Source: a virus
Lineage: Duplodnaviria; Caudoviricetes
IMG/VR virus record: IMGVR_UViG_3300032219_000250
Coordinates: 1-60,344 of that record
Strand: one strand, 5' to 3'
Length of the DNA stretch: 60,344 bases
Below the pieces are notes generated by a model, which worked only from the letters and a program-made list of their open reading frames with translations, searched no databases and was not told the origin of the DNA. This document shows, one piece after another, positions 8,051-18,400 of the stretch. The first letter of the stretch is position 1, and the number at the start of each line of letters is the position of its first letter. The translations under genes were made by a program, and so were the position numbers.

Positions 8051-10537
8051 ATGACGACAGCATATACCTCCCTACTTGGTCTGGCCCTTCCGGTCACGGG
8101 TGAACTGTCTGGTACTTGGGGTGACACGGTAAACAACGCCATCACCTCATTACTGGACACCGCCGTTGCAGGTACAACCAGCATCACAACCGATGCGGAC
8201 ATCACGTTGACGACCACCACAGGCGCGTCCAACCAAGCCCGACAAGCGATCATCCTCTGGAACCCAGCCTCGGGTACCACGACTCGTAACATCACTGCCC
8301 CTGCGCAGTCTAAGATGTACACGGTGATCAACGCTTCTGGCGGTACGCAATCTATTGTGATTCGTGGTGTTGGCCCAACTACGGGCGTGACTGTTCTCAA
8401 AGGCGAGTCTGCATTGGTAGCATGGAATGGTTCTGATTTTGTAAAGGTCAGTTCTGTTGGTGGTACGGGTACGTTTACCAACCTTACCGTCACAGGCAAC
8501 ACCATCCTTGGGGACGCTTCCGCTGACACCCTGACTGTCAATGCAACAGTCACCAGCAACCTAATTTTCACAGACAACACCTACGACATTGGCGCGTCTG
8601 GAGCCACTCGTCCACGCGATCTGTTCTTGTCTCGCAATCTGGTTGTTGGTGGCACGCTGACTCTTGCTGGCGGCGTTAACCTGAATGGCAACGTGACGCT
8701 TGGTGATTCTTCCGCAGACACGCTGACCGTTAACAGCACGATCACCAGCAATTTGATCTTCACTGACAACACTTATGACATTGGTGCGTCGGGTGCAACT
8801 CGTCCTCGTAACTTGTATTTGGCTGGTCTTCTCACTATGGGTGGGGCGTTAACTGTTAACGGCAGCACAATCCTTGGTGATGCACCTGCGGACACTATTA
8901 CTGTCAACGGAACAGGCATTGACATCAATCCTTCTTCAGGTAATCCATTTGTTGGGTTTCGCACGGCAAGTACTTATCGTGGTTACATTGAAGCCACCTC
9001 AAGCGCATTTACGTTTGGCGTTGGCTCTGCCGCAACAACAGTTTTGTCATTGGCAACCACAGGTGCGTCGGTCACTGGAACAGGTTCTTTCACAGGCGAT
9101 GTAACGCTAGGTAATGCCGTTGCCGCAACAAACGTCAATTTAAATTTCAACGGAGTTGCAAGTAAAGCCAAGCGAATCATATTTAAAAGTAGCGGCTCAG
9201 AACAGTGGCTTATTGGTCAGGGTGCGGCATCTGAAACTGATGCGTTTGAAATTTATAACGGCAATGGCGTCATGCCAATTTATATCAATAAGACAACCTC
9301 TTATGTTGGTATAAACGACAGTACAAGCCCTCTTTCCCCCTTGGACGTTCGTGGCCCAAGTGCGGTTATTGCTAACTACCAACAAATCCAAGCGATTAGC
9401 TCAAATACAGCGGCGGCAATTGATACTGGGGGTGGTGTTGCTCTTGGCGGTTTTTACAATAGCACTCAAATTGCAATGTTTGGCACTATTGTTGGTCGCA
9501 AAGAAAACGGCACTTCTGGCAACTATGCTGGTTATCTTGCTTTTGGCACAAACGCACAAGCAACGGGCGTTACTGAAAAGGCGCGTATAACAAGTGGTGG
9601 ATTTGTTGGCATTGCTTGTACAGACCCGCAGGCTGATTTGCAGATTGGTCAAGTTACGGGCGCGGCTAGAGACATTGTAATGCACACCATAAATAACGGG
9701 AATGCTCGTTTAAGGTTCAGAGAAGGTGGAACAGTATCTTCTGGATATAACGAATATTCATTTGGAATGCTTGGTACTGACAATGCTCTAACTTGGAATC
9801 TGCAAGGTTATGGTGAGGTTGCCCGTTTTGATACTAATTCAACCCTGATTCTTGGCGATACCTCAACTGCTGCGTCTTCAGGCAATTCAAAACTCTATAT
9901 TAAAAGCACCCTTTCATTCCCGCTGTGGGTTGATACGTCAGCCATTGCGGGTTCGGCTTTTAGAACGCAGACCACAGGCACAACAAACAACATTCTTGTT
10001 TGGAACAACAGCAATTACGGTTATGGTGTTGTTGGCGTAAATTCTGCAACAACTGGTAGTAACGGTGGCGACGTATTTTCGCTTGGCTATACAAACTCTG
10101 CGGGTGGCGCGGCAACTCCAGTAGTTTCTTGGAATTCTTCAGGAAATGCTTTTATTGGAGGTAACACTACCGCTCCAACAGGTGTAACAAGTCCATTCAT
10201 CAATAAATTTGACAAGATGGGTGGAGCCAGCACCAGTGCTGGTTTGGAGTATATAAAATCTATTACAGACAACACAGCAACAACAATTTTGACTGTTGCA
10301 GATTCAACCAAATGGGCTGGAACAATCTTAATTTCGTATGTGCGGGATGTCGACCAAAATCGCTCTGGTATGAAGATGGTTCGTTTTGCGTACAACCAGA
10401 CATTTACAACTCTGCTTGATAGTTCACAAAACTCTGGGGCTACGTTCTCCGTCAGTGGAAATAACATTCAAGTAACAATTGGCGGTGCTGGTTCGTACTA
10501 TTGCCAGATACAAATTTGGGGCGCCGCAGGTGCATAA
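8051..10537 (+). CDS. tail fibre / receptor-binding protein
   Basis: N-terminal GELSGTWGDTVN anchor, Gly/Thr-rich beta repeats, 64-aa internal duplication; followed by two assembly-like genes. Confidence 0.8.
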   Translation: MTTAYTSLLGLALPVTGELSGTWGDTVNNAITSLLDTAVAGTTSITTDADITLTTTTGASNQARQAIILWNPASGTTTRNITAPAQSKMYTVINASGGTQSIVIRGVGPTTGVTVLKGESALVAWNGSDFVKVSSVGGTGTFTNLTVTGNTILGDASADTLTVNATVTSNLIFTDNTYDIGASGATRPRDLFLSRNLVVGGTLTLAGGVNLNGNVTLGDSSADTLTVNSTITSNLIFTDNTYDIGASGATRPRNLYLAGLLTMGGALTVNGSTILGDAPADTITVNGTGIDINPSSGNPFVGFRTASTYRGYIEATSSAFTFGVGSAATTVLSLATTGASVTGTGSFTGDVTLGNAVAATNVNLNFNGVASKAKRIIFKSSGSEQWLIGQGAASETDAFEIYNGNGVMPIYINKTTSYVGINDSTSPLSPLDVRGPSAVIANYQQIQAISSNTAAAIDTGGGVALGGFYNSTQIAMFGTIVGRKENGTSGNYAGYLAFGTNAQATGVTEKARITSGGFVGIACTDPQADLQIGQVTGAARDIVMHTINNGNARLRFREGGTVSSGYNEYSFGMLGTDNALTWNLQGYGEVARFDTNSTLILGDTSTAASSGNSKLYIKSTLSFPLWVDTSAIAGSAFRTQTTGTTNNILVWNNSNYGYGVVGVNSATTGSNGGDVFSLGYTNSAGGAATPVVSWNSSGNAFIGGNTTAPTGVTSPFINKFDKMGGASTSAGLEYIKSITDNTATTILTVADSTKWAGTILISYVRDVDQNRSGMKMVRFAYNQTFTTLLDSSQNSGATFSVSGNNIQVTIGGAGSYYCQIQIWGAAGA

Positions 10538-10563
10538 CAGTTTGCAAAATTTAGGAACCTAAA

Positions 10564-10887
10564 ATGAACTACACATGGAACATCATTCAAATGGACTGCT
10601 ACCCTCAAGCCGAGGGTGAGGTCAATGTTGTCTGGAACGCATTATGGAAACTGTCTGCGACAAACGGGATCACAGTTTGCTACATCACTGGCAACCAGCC
10701 ATTGACCTACGTTGCTGGCACGCCATACACGCCGTATGCCCAACTGACACAAGCGCAAGTAGTCGGCTGGGTTCAAGCGGCAATGGGCGCAAGTGCAATT
10801 GCGGCAAATGAAAAAATCGTGAGCGATCTTGTTGTAGAGACAGTCGTTCCAGCAACCTATCAACCACCATTACCTTGGAGTGCTTAA
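10564..10887 (+). CDS. tail fibre assembly-like protein (paralog 1)
   Basis: YTWNIIQMDC...TPYAQLTQAQVVGWV...PPLPW. Confidence 0.65.
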   Translation: MNYTWNIIQMDCYPQAEGEVNVVWNALWKLSATNGITVCYITGNQPLTYVAGTPYTPYAQLTQAQVVGWVQAAMGASAIAANEKIVSDLVVETVVPATYQPPLPWSA

Positions 10888-10889
10888 TC

Positions 10890-11225
10890 ATGTCAGCAAC
10901 TATTACTTGGGTCATCGAATACATGCAGTGCAAGCCTACTGAGGGTTCGTACACCGATGTCGTTATCACCGCTGGTTGGCGCTGTAATGGTACTCAGACA
11001 GAAAATTCTGTGGACTATACCGCAAGCGTCTATGGCTCCGCATCGTTTTCGGCTCCTGAAGGCACGTTCACCCCTTATGACCAACTGACCCAAGAACAAG
11101 TTTTGGGCTGGTGCTATGCAAGTGGCGTTGATCAGACAGCAACAGAGGCCAACATTCAAGCGTTGATTGACAATCAAATCAATCCACCAATTGTTACGCC
11201 TCCTCTGCCTTGGGCTACGGCATAA
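10890..11225 (+). CDS. tail fibre assembly-like protein (paralog 2)
   Basis: ITWVIEYMQC...TPYDQLTQEQVLGWC...PPLPW; clear paralog of 10564..10887. Confidence 0.65.
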   Translation: MSATITWVIEYMQCKPTEGSYTDVVITAGWRCNGTQTENSVDYTASVYGSASFSAPEGTFTPYDQLTQEQVLGWCYASGVDQTATEANIQALIDNQINPPIVTPPLPWATA

Positions 11226-11230
11226 TCTTT

Positions 11231-11262
11231 ATGGGGTTACGCCACTGCCCCATTTCAGTGGC
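11231..11262 (+). promoter_or_regulatory. H-type RNA pseudoknot between a stop codon and the next RBS
   Basis: ATGGGG(11231-36)/CCCCAT(11248-53) interlocked with GCCACTG(11241-47)/CAGTGGC(11256-62). Confidence 0.6.
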
Positions 11263-11276
11263 ATCGGAGAATGAAA

Positions 11277-11447
11277 ATGAACGATCAGAAAATTGAACTG
11301 TCTCTCAACCTCGTGAACGCGGTACTGCAATACCTTGGCACCAAACCGTTCCAAGAAGTGTTCCAGTTGGTACAAGCGATCCAAGAGCAAGCCATCCCTC
11401 AGATGCCTATGCCCGAGGCCGCACAACCCGCCGCTACTGCGGAGTGA
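11277..11447 (+). CDS. 56-aa protein (not in the ORF track)
   Basis: SD GGAGA 11266-70; MNDQKIELSLNLVNAVLQYLGTKPFQEVFQLVQAIQEQA... Confidence 0.75.
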   Translation: MNDQKIELSLNLVNAVLQYLGTKPFQEVFQLVQAIQEQAIPQMPMPEAAQPAATAE

Positions 11448-11450
11448 TGT

Positions 11451-11720
11451 ATGAATTGGTCAGATGTTCTAAAAGCGGTCATCCCCATTGTGGTCATGTC
11501 TTTGGCATGGCTTCTTGGACAGGTGAACTCATTTTCTGAGCGTCTGACCAAGATCGAGGGCAGTATGCCTGCCCTGATCACCAAGGAAGGCATCCCCACA
11601 GACAGCCCCATCTCTGCCGAGCGCAGAGCGGTGCTTAAAGAGCAATTGATGGTGCACATCAACGAATTGCAGGTCAAGGTCAAGCTGATTGAAGAACGTG
11701 AAAAGATGGGGAAAAAATAA
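11451..11720 (+). CDS. small membrane protein of the lysis region
   Basis: N-terminal TM helix VLKAVIPIVVMSLAWLL plus coiled coil. Confidence 0.65.
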   Translation: MNWSDVLKAVIPIVVMSLAWLLGQVNSFSERLTKIEGSMPALITKEGIPTDSPISAERRAVLKEQLMVHINELQVKVKLIEEREKMGKK

Positions 11721-12229
11721 TGCCTATTCCAGCACTCCTAGCACCTTTGCTCTCACAAGGGCTATCTCTTATTGGAAACGCTGTCATGGCGAAGGGTAAA
11801 GATTGGGTCGAAGAAAAGACGGGTGTCAAACTTGACGGCCCTCTGTCCGATGCCGATGCAACCAAACTGCGCCAATACGAGATGGATCACGAGGAAGAAC
11901 TCCTGCGCTTGCGCATAGAGGAGAAGAAGCTCGGTATCGAAGAAATTCAGGCGTTTGCCGCCGCCGCGCAGAACGAGAACAACAATGTCTCAGACCGCTG
12001 GAAATCAGACATGTCGTCTGACTCTTGGCTGTCTAAAAACATTCGCCCCATGAGCTTGATTGCCATCTTTGTGGGGTACTTTTTGTTCTCCATGATGTCC
12101 GCCTTTGGTTACAACGCAAACGAGTCCTATGTGTCCTTGTTGGGGCAGTGGGGCATGCTGATTATGGGCGCATACTTCGGTGGTCGTACCATCGAGAAAC
12201 TCGCTGAAATGAGGAGTAGAAAAGAATGA
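11720..12229 (+). CDS. holin (3TM-holin-like)
   Basis: DMSSDSWLSKNIRP followed by TM segments and AYFGGRTIEK; adjacent to endolysin. Confidence 0.75.
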   Translation: MPIPALLAPLLSQGLSLIGNAVMAKGKDWVEEKTGVKLDGPLSDADATKLRQYEMDHEEELLRLRIEEKKLGIEEIQAFAAAAQNENNNVSDRWKSDMSSDSWLSKNIRPMSLIAIFVGYFLFSMMSAFGYNANESYVSLLGQWGMLIMGAYFGGRTIEKLAEMRSRKE

Positions 12230-12591
12230 GCCTCGTCACCGAACAAGCCGCTTTCCTCCTTGATATGTGCAAGCTGATTCAGTTTGCAACGGGGCAAGGT
12301 TTTGTCCTCACCGCAGGAGAGTTGTACCGTACTCCCGAACAGCAAGAACTCTACGTAAAGACCGGGCGCAGTCAGACGATGAACTCGTTGCACTTAAAGC
12401 GTTTGGCTGTGGACTTCAACATCTTCAAAGACGGCAAACTCGTTGGCGACAAGGCCACACTTGCCCCTCTGGGTGCCTATTGGGAAACGCTCAACCCTCT
12501 CAATTCGTGGGGTGGGAACGGCAAGAAGTTGGTGGACTGCCCACACTTCAGCCGAGGCCAAGGCAAACCGGAGTGGGCAAGGGTGACCTGA
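12226..12591 (+). CDS. endolysin, peptidase M15 (L-Ala-D-Glu peptidase-like)
   Basis: RTPEQQ..LY, SLH...LAVD, WGG...DCPHF zinc-ligand pattern. Confidence 0.85.
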   Translation: MSLVTEQAAFLLDMCKLIQFATGQGFVLTAGELYRTPEQQELYVKTGRSQTMNSLHLKRLAVDFNIFKDGKLVGDKATLAPLGAYWETLNPLNSWGGNGKKLVDCPHFSRGQGKPEWARVT

Positions 12592-12592
12592 T

Positions 12593-14713
12593 ATGCCATT
12601 AAAAAAGATTGTCCTCAAACCCGGTGTTAACCGCGAGAACACCCGATATACCAACGAGAACGGTTGGTACGACTCGGACAAGGTGCGGTTTCGCCAAGGC
12701 ATGCCCGAGAAGATCGGCGGCTGGGTGCGGGTATCTGCCAACACGTTTTTGGGCACTTGCCGTTCTTTGTGGACGTGGGTAACGCTTGGCTCTGAAAAGC
12801 TCATTGGTGTTGGCACCAATCTCAAGTTTTACATTTCAAGCGGCGGCGCGTACTTTGACTCAACCCCGTATGCGTTCATACACGCACTGGGTGCCAATCC
12901 GTTCGCAACCAATACTACGACCAACACCACAATTGATGGTGTAGCGTACACCACGGTGACTGTTACTGATGCTACAACTGGCTATACGGCTGGCGATTAC
13001 GTTGACTTCTACAACGCGCCTACTGTTCGCGGTGTCTCGCTCACAGGTAGTTTTTTAATTACCACTGCTACCGTGGGTAGCTTTACCATACTTGTCCCCG
13101 GCACAGCCGCATCTTCTGGTACAGGAGGCGGCACAGGTGTGTACGCTTTTTTTGAGATTGATACTGGCCCTGAGTACGCTGTACCGCTTACTGGTTGGGG
13201 CGCTGGCACTTGGGGTTCTGGCACTTGGGGTGTTGGTGTTACGGGCACTGACCCTGTGCGTTTGTGGAGTCAGTCCAACTTTGGTGAAGACCTGATCTTC
13301 GGCCCTCGCGGGGGCGGTATCTACTACTGGGATGCTTCAACAGGATACCGGACAACTACTTTTACGGTCACAATTGCCAGCCCTGCGGTGGTGACGTTTA
13401 CCGTTACGCTTCCTAACAATACAGCCGTCCAACTTCTGACCACAGGCGCACTGCCGACTGGTCTGGTTCCCGGCACTGTGTACTATGTAATCAACGCCAG
13501 TGGTACTACATGTAATCTCTCAGCAACCGCTGGTGGTTCGGCTATCACGACCACAGGCACACAATCTGGCACGCACTATTTGTCAACTCGTGGTATCAAC
13601 GTAGCCAACCTCGCTTACGCCTCTGACGTGCCGATCAAGCAGAACTTCATCACCATTTCGGACATCAACCGATTTGTGTTTTGTATGGGGTGCACTGAGT
13701 ACGGCTCCTCGACGTTCAACCCCATGCTGATTCGCTGGGCTGACCAAGAGTCTGTAACGGACTGGACGCCGAGCGCCACGAACCAAGCTGGCTTTTTGCA
13801 ACTCTCGCACGGCTCACAGATTGTGACCGCTATCCAGTCACGGCAAGAGATTTTAATTTGGACAGACTCGACGATCTACTCGTTGCAGTACGTAGGCGCT
13901 CCTGTTGTGTGGAAGGGTGACCTCGTTGGTGACAACATCTCTATCGCTGGTGAGAACGCCGTGGCTTACGCCAACGGTATCTCTTACTGGATGGGCGTGG
14001 ACAAGTTCTACAAGTACGACGGGCGCACGCAGACCATGCGTTGTGACTTACGCCAATACATCTTTAACGACATCAATGCTTCGCAGTTTGATCAAGTGTA
14101 TGCAGGTACAAACGAGGGCTTCAACGAAGTCTGGTGGTTCTATTGCTCGGCGGATTCTGAACAGATCGACCGTTACGTGGTCTACAACTACGCCGATGAC
14201 ATCTGGTACTACGGCAACATGGCACGTACTGCATGGCTGGATTCTGGGCTGTCCACAACTCCGATTGCCGCTACGTACCTCAACAACTTGGTGAACCACG
14301 AGACTGGTTACGACGACGATGCCTCTGGCACCGTTGCGCCGATTGAGGCGTCAATTACTTCTGCGCAGTTCGACATCGACGATGGTGACAAGTTCATGTT
14401 TATCTACCGCATGTTGCCTGACGTGACGTTCCGCAACTCGACCGCCGCAAACCCCGCAATCACCATGACGCTGTATCCGTTGCAGAACTCGGGTTCTGGT
14501 TACAACGATCCACTATCTGTGGGTGGCTCTAACTTTGCTGGTGTCACGCGCACCGCCACGGTACCTGTTGAAGAATTTACTGGGCAGGTGTTTGTACGTA
14601 TTCGTGGTCGTCAGTTAGCGATCAAGGTATCGTCGGAAGCGTTGGGCGTTGCATGGCAACTTGGCTCCCCCCGTATTGACATTAAGGCCGATGGTCGCCG
14701 AGGTAACTCATGA
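12593..14713 (+). CDS. tail nozzle / tubular B (packaged-DNA stabilisation) protein
   Basis: 706-aa beta-rich protein, KVRFRQGMPEKIGGW start, IRWADQE, RIRGRQ...WQLG C-terminus; position before internal proteins. Confidence 0.65.
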   Translation: MPLKKIVLKPGVNRENTRYTNENGWYDSDKVRFRQGMPEKIGGWVRVSANTFLGTCRSLWTWVTLGSEKLIGVGTNLKFYISSGGAYFDSTPYAFIHALGANPFATNTTTNTTIDGVAYTTVTVTDATTGYTAGDYVDFYNAPTVRGVSLTGSFLITTATVGSFTILVPGTAASSGTGGGTGVYAFFEIDTGPEYAVPLTGWGAGTWGSGTWGVGVTGTDPVRLWSQSNFGEDLIFGPRGGGIYYWDASTGYRTTTFTVTIASPAVVTFTVTLPNNTAVQLLTTGALPTGLVPGTVYYVINASGTTCNLSATAGGSAITTTGTQSGTHYLSTRGINVANLAYASDVPIKQNFITISDINRFVFCMGCTEYGSSTFNPMLIRWADQESVTDWTPSATNQAGFLQLSHGSQIVTAIQSRQEILIWTDSTIYSLQYVGAPVVWKGDLVGDNISIAGENAVAYANGISYWMGVDKFYKYDGRTQTMRCDLRQYIFNDINASQFDQVYAGTNEGFNEVWWFYCSADSEQIDRYVVYNYADDIWYYGNMARTAWLDSGLSTTPIAATYLNNLVNHETGYDDDASGTVAPIEASITSAQFDIDDGDKFMFIYRMLPDVTFRNSTAANPAITMTLYPLQNSGSGYNDPLSVGGSNFAGVTRTATVPVEEFTGQVFVRIRGRQLAIKVSSEALGVAWQLGSPRIDIKADGRRGNS

Positions 14714-15024
14714 GCCGCAACCTGCTCAACCAAGTAGCCCCACCAGCACTGCCACTGGCGCGGGATCAATACGACCGCCCGTACCAAGATCAACTCAACA
14801 ACATTCTGAGGCTGTACTTCACACAGTTGAACGCTGTTGTCAATTTATTGCAATCGCCCCCTACGTATCTCGTAGCAGATTTACCAAGTGCCGCAGATGC
14901 AGGGGTAGGAGCAAGATCATTCGTAACTAATGCAACTGGCCCCACGTTTGGGGCCACAGTCGTTGGAGGGGGCGCTGTCAAAGTGCCCGTGTACTCGGAC
15001 GGCACAAACTGGAAAGTAGGCTGA
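14710..15024 (+). CDS. small virion protein
   Basis: PALPLA...NILRLYF...VPVYSDGTNWKVG; ATGA coupling. Confidence 0.65.
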   Translation: MSRNLLNQVAPPALPLARDQYDRPYQDQLNNILRLYFTQLNAVVNLLQSPPTYLVADLPSAADAGVGARSFVTNATGPTFGATVVGGGAVKVPVYSDGTNWKVG

Positions 15025-15025
15025 T

Positions 15026-15454
15026 ATGGCAGAACAAGAAAAACCAATGGACGCGCAAGAGCAACAGCAAATCGTTCAGATTGCGCTGGACTATTTTAAA
15101 AAAGAAACAGGTTCAGACGAGAAAGCTCAAGAGCGGTTGGGGCAACTTGCCGCCATCGTAAAAGATGAGGGTGCCAAACTTGTGCACCTTGGAAACGTGT
15201 TGTTCCTCATCATGGTTCGCGGTAAAGGAATTGTTGAGATTCACACAATTGGCACCGAAGCCCAGCCACGCATGTTGGCTGATGATTTTAAAAAACTTGC
15301 GGACTACCTCAAGAAGATTGATGTCAAGACCGCTTACACCTACACACCAGATAACAGGTATGGACGCCTTGCGCAAATGACGGGTCTTCCTGTGAAGACG
15401 TTCAAGATTGAGGTCAAGGGTAAGCCCATGACCGCCTACGTGATGGAGTTCTAA
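15026..15454 (+). CDS. hypothetical protein (position of the GNAT-like gene preceding podovirus internal proteins)
   Basis: Tight operon spacing; function inferred only from synteny. Confidence 0.55.
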   Translation: MAEQEKPMDAQEQQQIVQIALDYFKKETGSDEKAQERLGQLAAIVKDEGAKLVHLGNVLFLIMVRGKGIVEIHTIGTEAQPRMLADDFKKLADYLKKIDVKTAYTYTPDNRYGRLAQMTGLPVKTFKIEVKGKPMTAYVMEF

Positions 15455-15455
15455 T

Positions 15456-18400
15456 ATGCCAGCCGCCGCACTAGTCATTGGCGTTATCGCCGTCGAAACC
15501 GGAGTAGCCGCCGTAATTGGTAGCGCAATTGTTGGCACGCTCACAACCGCAACTGTCTCAACCGCAGTTGCTACTGCAATTGGCTCGGGTGTCATCTCGG
15601 CTGGTCTATCAGTAGCACAAGGTGCGACCGTTTCGCAAGCACTTAAAGGGGCAATTGTAGGAGGTGTTACCTCGTATATTGGTGCGTCTATTGCTGGAGA
15701 AGTCACCAAGTCTATTACCACCGCCGCCACTGAAGCCGGATACACCTCGATTGCAGGAAGTATCGGTAAAGTTGCTGGTGCTATGGCTGGTGGTGGCTCT
15801 CAGGCCGCACTGGGCGCAGTGATCAGTGGCAAGGGCGACCCAATCAAGGCGTTGATTACTGGTGGTCTGACCGCTGGTTTGACCTCTGGCGCAATGATAG
15901 GCGTCAACGAGGTCACTTCAAGAATTCCCGGGTTCAACGACCTAGCAAAAGATTACGGCGCGGCAGGTGCCGCTACGCAACGCGCAGTGAACGCAGGTTT
16001 AGCCGCTGGTGTTTTGGGTAAAGACACCGACAAAGCAGTCGTCAACTCTGTACTAAAAAGTATGCTCAGTACAGGTGCCGATTACGTCAAGACAGGTCTT
16101 AAAGACGGTAGCGAGGCGCTACAAACCGCTTACAACAACGCCATCAAAACAGGCGAAGCGTTAGACAGCAACGCCAAACGCCAAGATGAAATTGTCAAAG
16201 ACTACAACAGTAGTGCAGAAGCTATTGAAGCCAAGCGTCAGGCAATTCAAGCCGACCTCGACATGTATAACGAGAAGAAGGCACTTTACGAGGAAGGGGA
16301 AATTGGCGTAGAAGAAGTCAACAAGTATGCTGAACGTGTCAACCTTGCAATCCCCGGATACGAGGAAGAACGCGCCAAAGTTGAGACAAAACTTACCACC
16401 TTGTCCACTGAATTGGACACACTTAAAACTCAAATTCCTGCGCTTGAGCAGACGCTGGCACAGCAAAAAGCTACGCTGGACACCTCAGTTGCCGACTTCC
16501 AAAAACAAGAAGAAGCCAACGCACAACACGTTGCCAAAGTGTTTAACGACACCGTAGCGGCTAAGACTGAAGTTGAGCAAACCCTTGGTGCGCCACTCAC
16601 CCAAGAACAACTTGATGCGTTTGTTGCCACGGGCGACGTAAAAACCGCCGCCAGAGATTACATGGACATCAAGACGACCGACTTGGCAGAGGCTCAAGAA
16701 GCCGCGCTCAAAGAGGGCTACCGTTTTGATCCAAACGACCCCGAAATGGTTGCTCGGTTTACAGGCGTTAAGGATGAAGCCGAGACATTGGCGGCGGTGC
16801 GCTCGTTTGCTGATGCACGTGCTACCACGATGCAAGAAGCCACTGATTTGTACACCCAAGCGTACACCGACATCTATGGCCCTGATGTAGATGTGCCCCC
16901 ACCCACTGAAGAAGACTTGTTGGCGTTCATGCCACAAGTTCCCGTTGATGTATCAAGCATACCTGAAGGCTATCAGAGCGTAGCCGAAGATGTTGTCAAA
17001 GGTCGCATCCAAGATCAGTTCTCACAGAACCTTGGGTTTGATGATTACCTTGATCGCACCGAAGCGCAAGAGGCACTTGGAGAAGAACGCCCTGATGCCG
17101 CCACTTGGCAAGAGTACGCTGGTACTTCAGGTATTGTAGATGCGGGTGGGGATGACGTTTTTCAGACAAGCGTCAAGGCAGGTGACAACGTAGCCGCGAC
17201 TCGTAGCTTGACTCCAGCTTATCAGCCTGATGCTGACCAAACTGGAACTGACTTTGGGTTTGACCAGACTGATCAGTTTGACCCCACAGATTTTGGACTG
17301 GCACAGACAGATCAGCCTACTGGTTATGACTTAGCACAGCAAGACACGTTTGACACAACCGCCACTACTACGCCCGACTTTGGCGTTTCGCAAACTCAAG
17401 CTCAAACCACAGGAGATGACCAGTTTGGGTTTGAAACCATAGGCGATCCTGACTATTTGTTTGGTAGTCCTACTGTTTCCGACTTGGGTATTGCCACTGG
17501 CTCTACCACAGGTCAAGCCGCCGAAGATACTGGCTTGGCTGACCTTGGACTAGGTACAACTACTGAGGGCACTCAGGGTGACTATGGCGTTGCTCAGACT
17601 GACACGATGCTGACAAACCCTGAGTTTGACCAGCAAGTAGCTGGCTTTGATGCTCAAGATTATCTGGGCACCCAGCCAAGTCAAGATGTTGGAGACATTG
17701 GGGTGCAGACAGCGGCGTACAGCCCGACGACCACCCTGACCGATGTGGGCGAGCCTACCGATGTGGGTCTTCGCAGTCTACTTACCCAGCAAAGAGGCGG
17801 TACATCCGCTATGGCTGACGACACCACAGAAACACCCACAACCCTTGCCGGACAGAATCTGGCAACCGATGAGGCACAACAAGATCAGACGCAACAGGCT
17901 GATACAAAAGTTGCTGACTCCACATTGACAACGGGTGCTCCAGCCGGGACAATCACAGAGAAGATATTGGGTGAAGACGCTGACCAAGATGTACCCGCAG
18001 ATTCCCTCACTAGCAAGTACTTTAACGAGGACAAAAAGGAGGGCGAAGATGCCGATTCACTCAGCGCAACATCTCTTACAAGAGGGTTTAATTACACCGC
18101 GCCTCGTCCAACCGATGAGATTGTGCGAGGTTCGTCGATTGCAAACTTGAATAGAGATGATCTTGACTCATTCCTCTCGCCTCTGCGCACCAACACTACG
18201 TCCTTAACTACTGGACAGGACACACCATTAACCAACGCCGCCACACAAGGAACTGCTATGGATGAAGATAATTTTGACTGGGACTCATGGGATCGTGCAG
18301 TCGAAGACTACGTGCAACAATACGATGCTTCCCGAGCTTCCCAAGGTGATTCTGACCCTGATGCAAATGGATCGGTTGGAGGCGATAGCTCTGGAGATGG

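Noticed and set aside
8051-10537. Diversity-generating retroelement target in the tail fibre
   Set aside because: No reverse transcriptase, and the internal repeats differ at synonymous positions rather than specifically at adenines.
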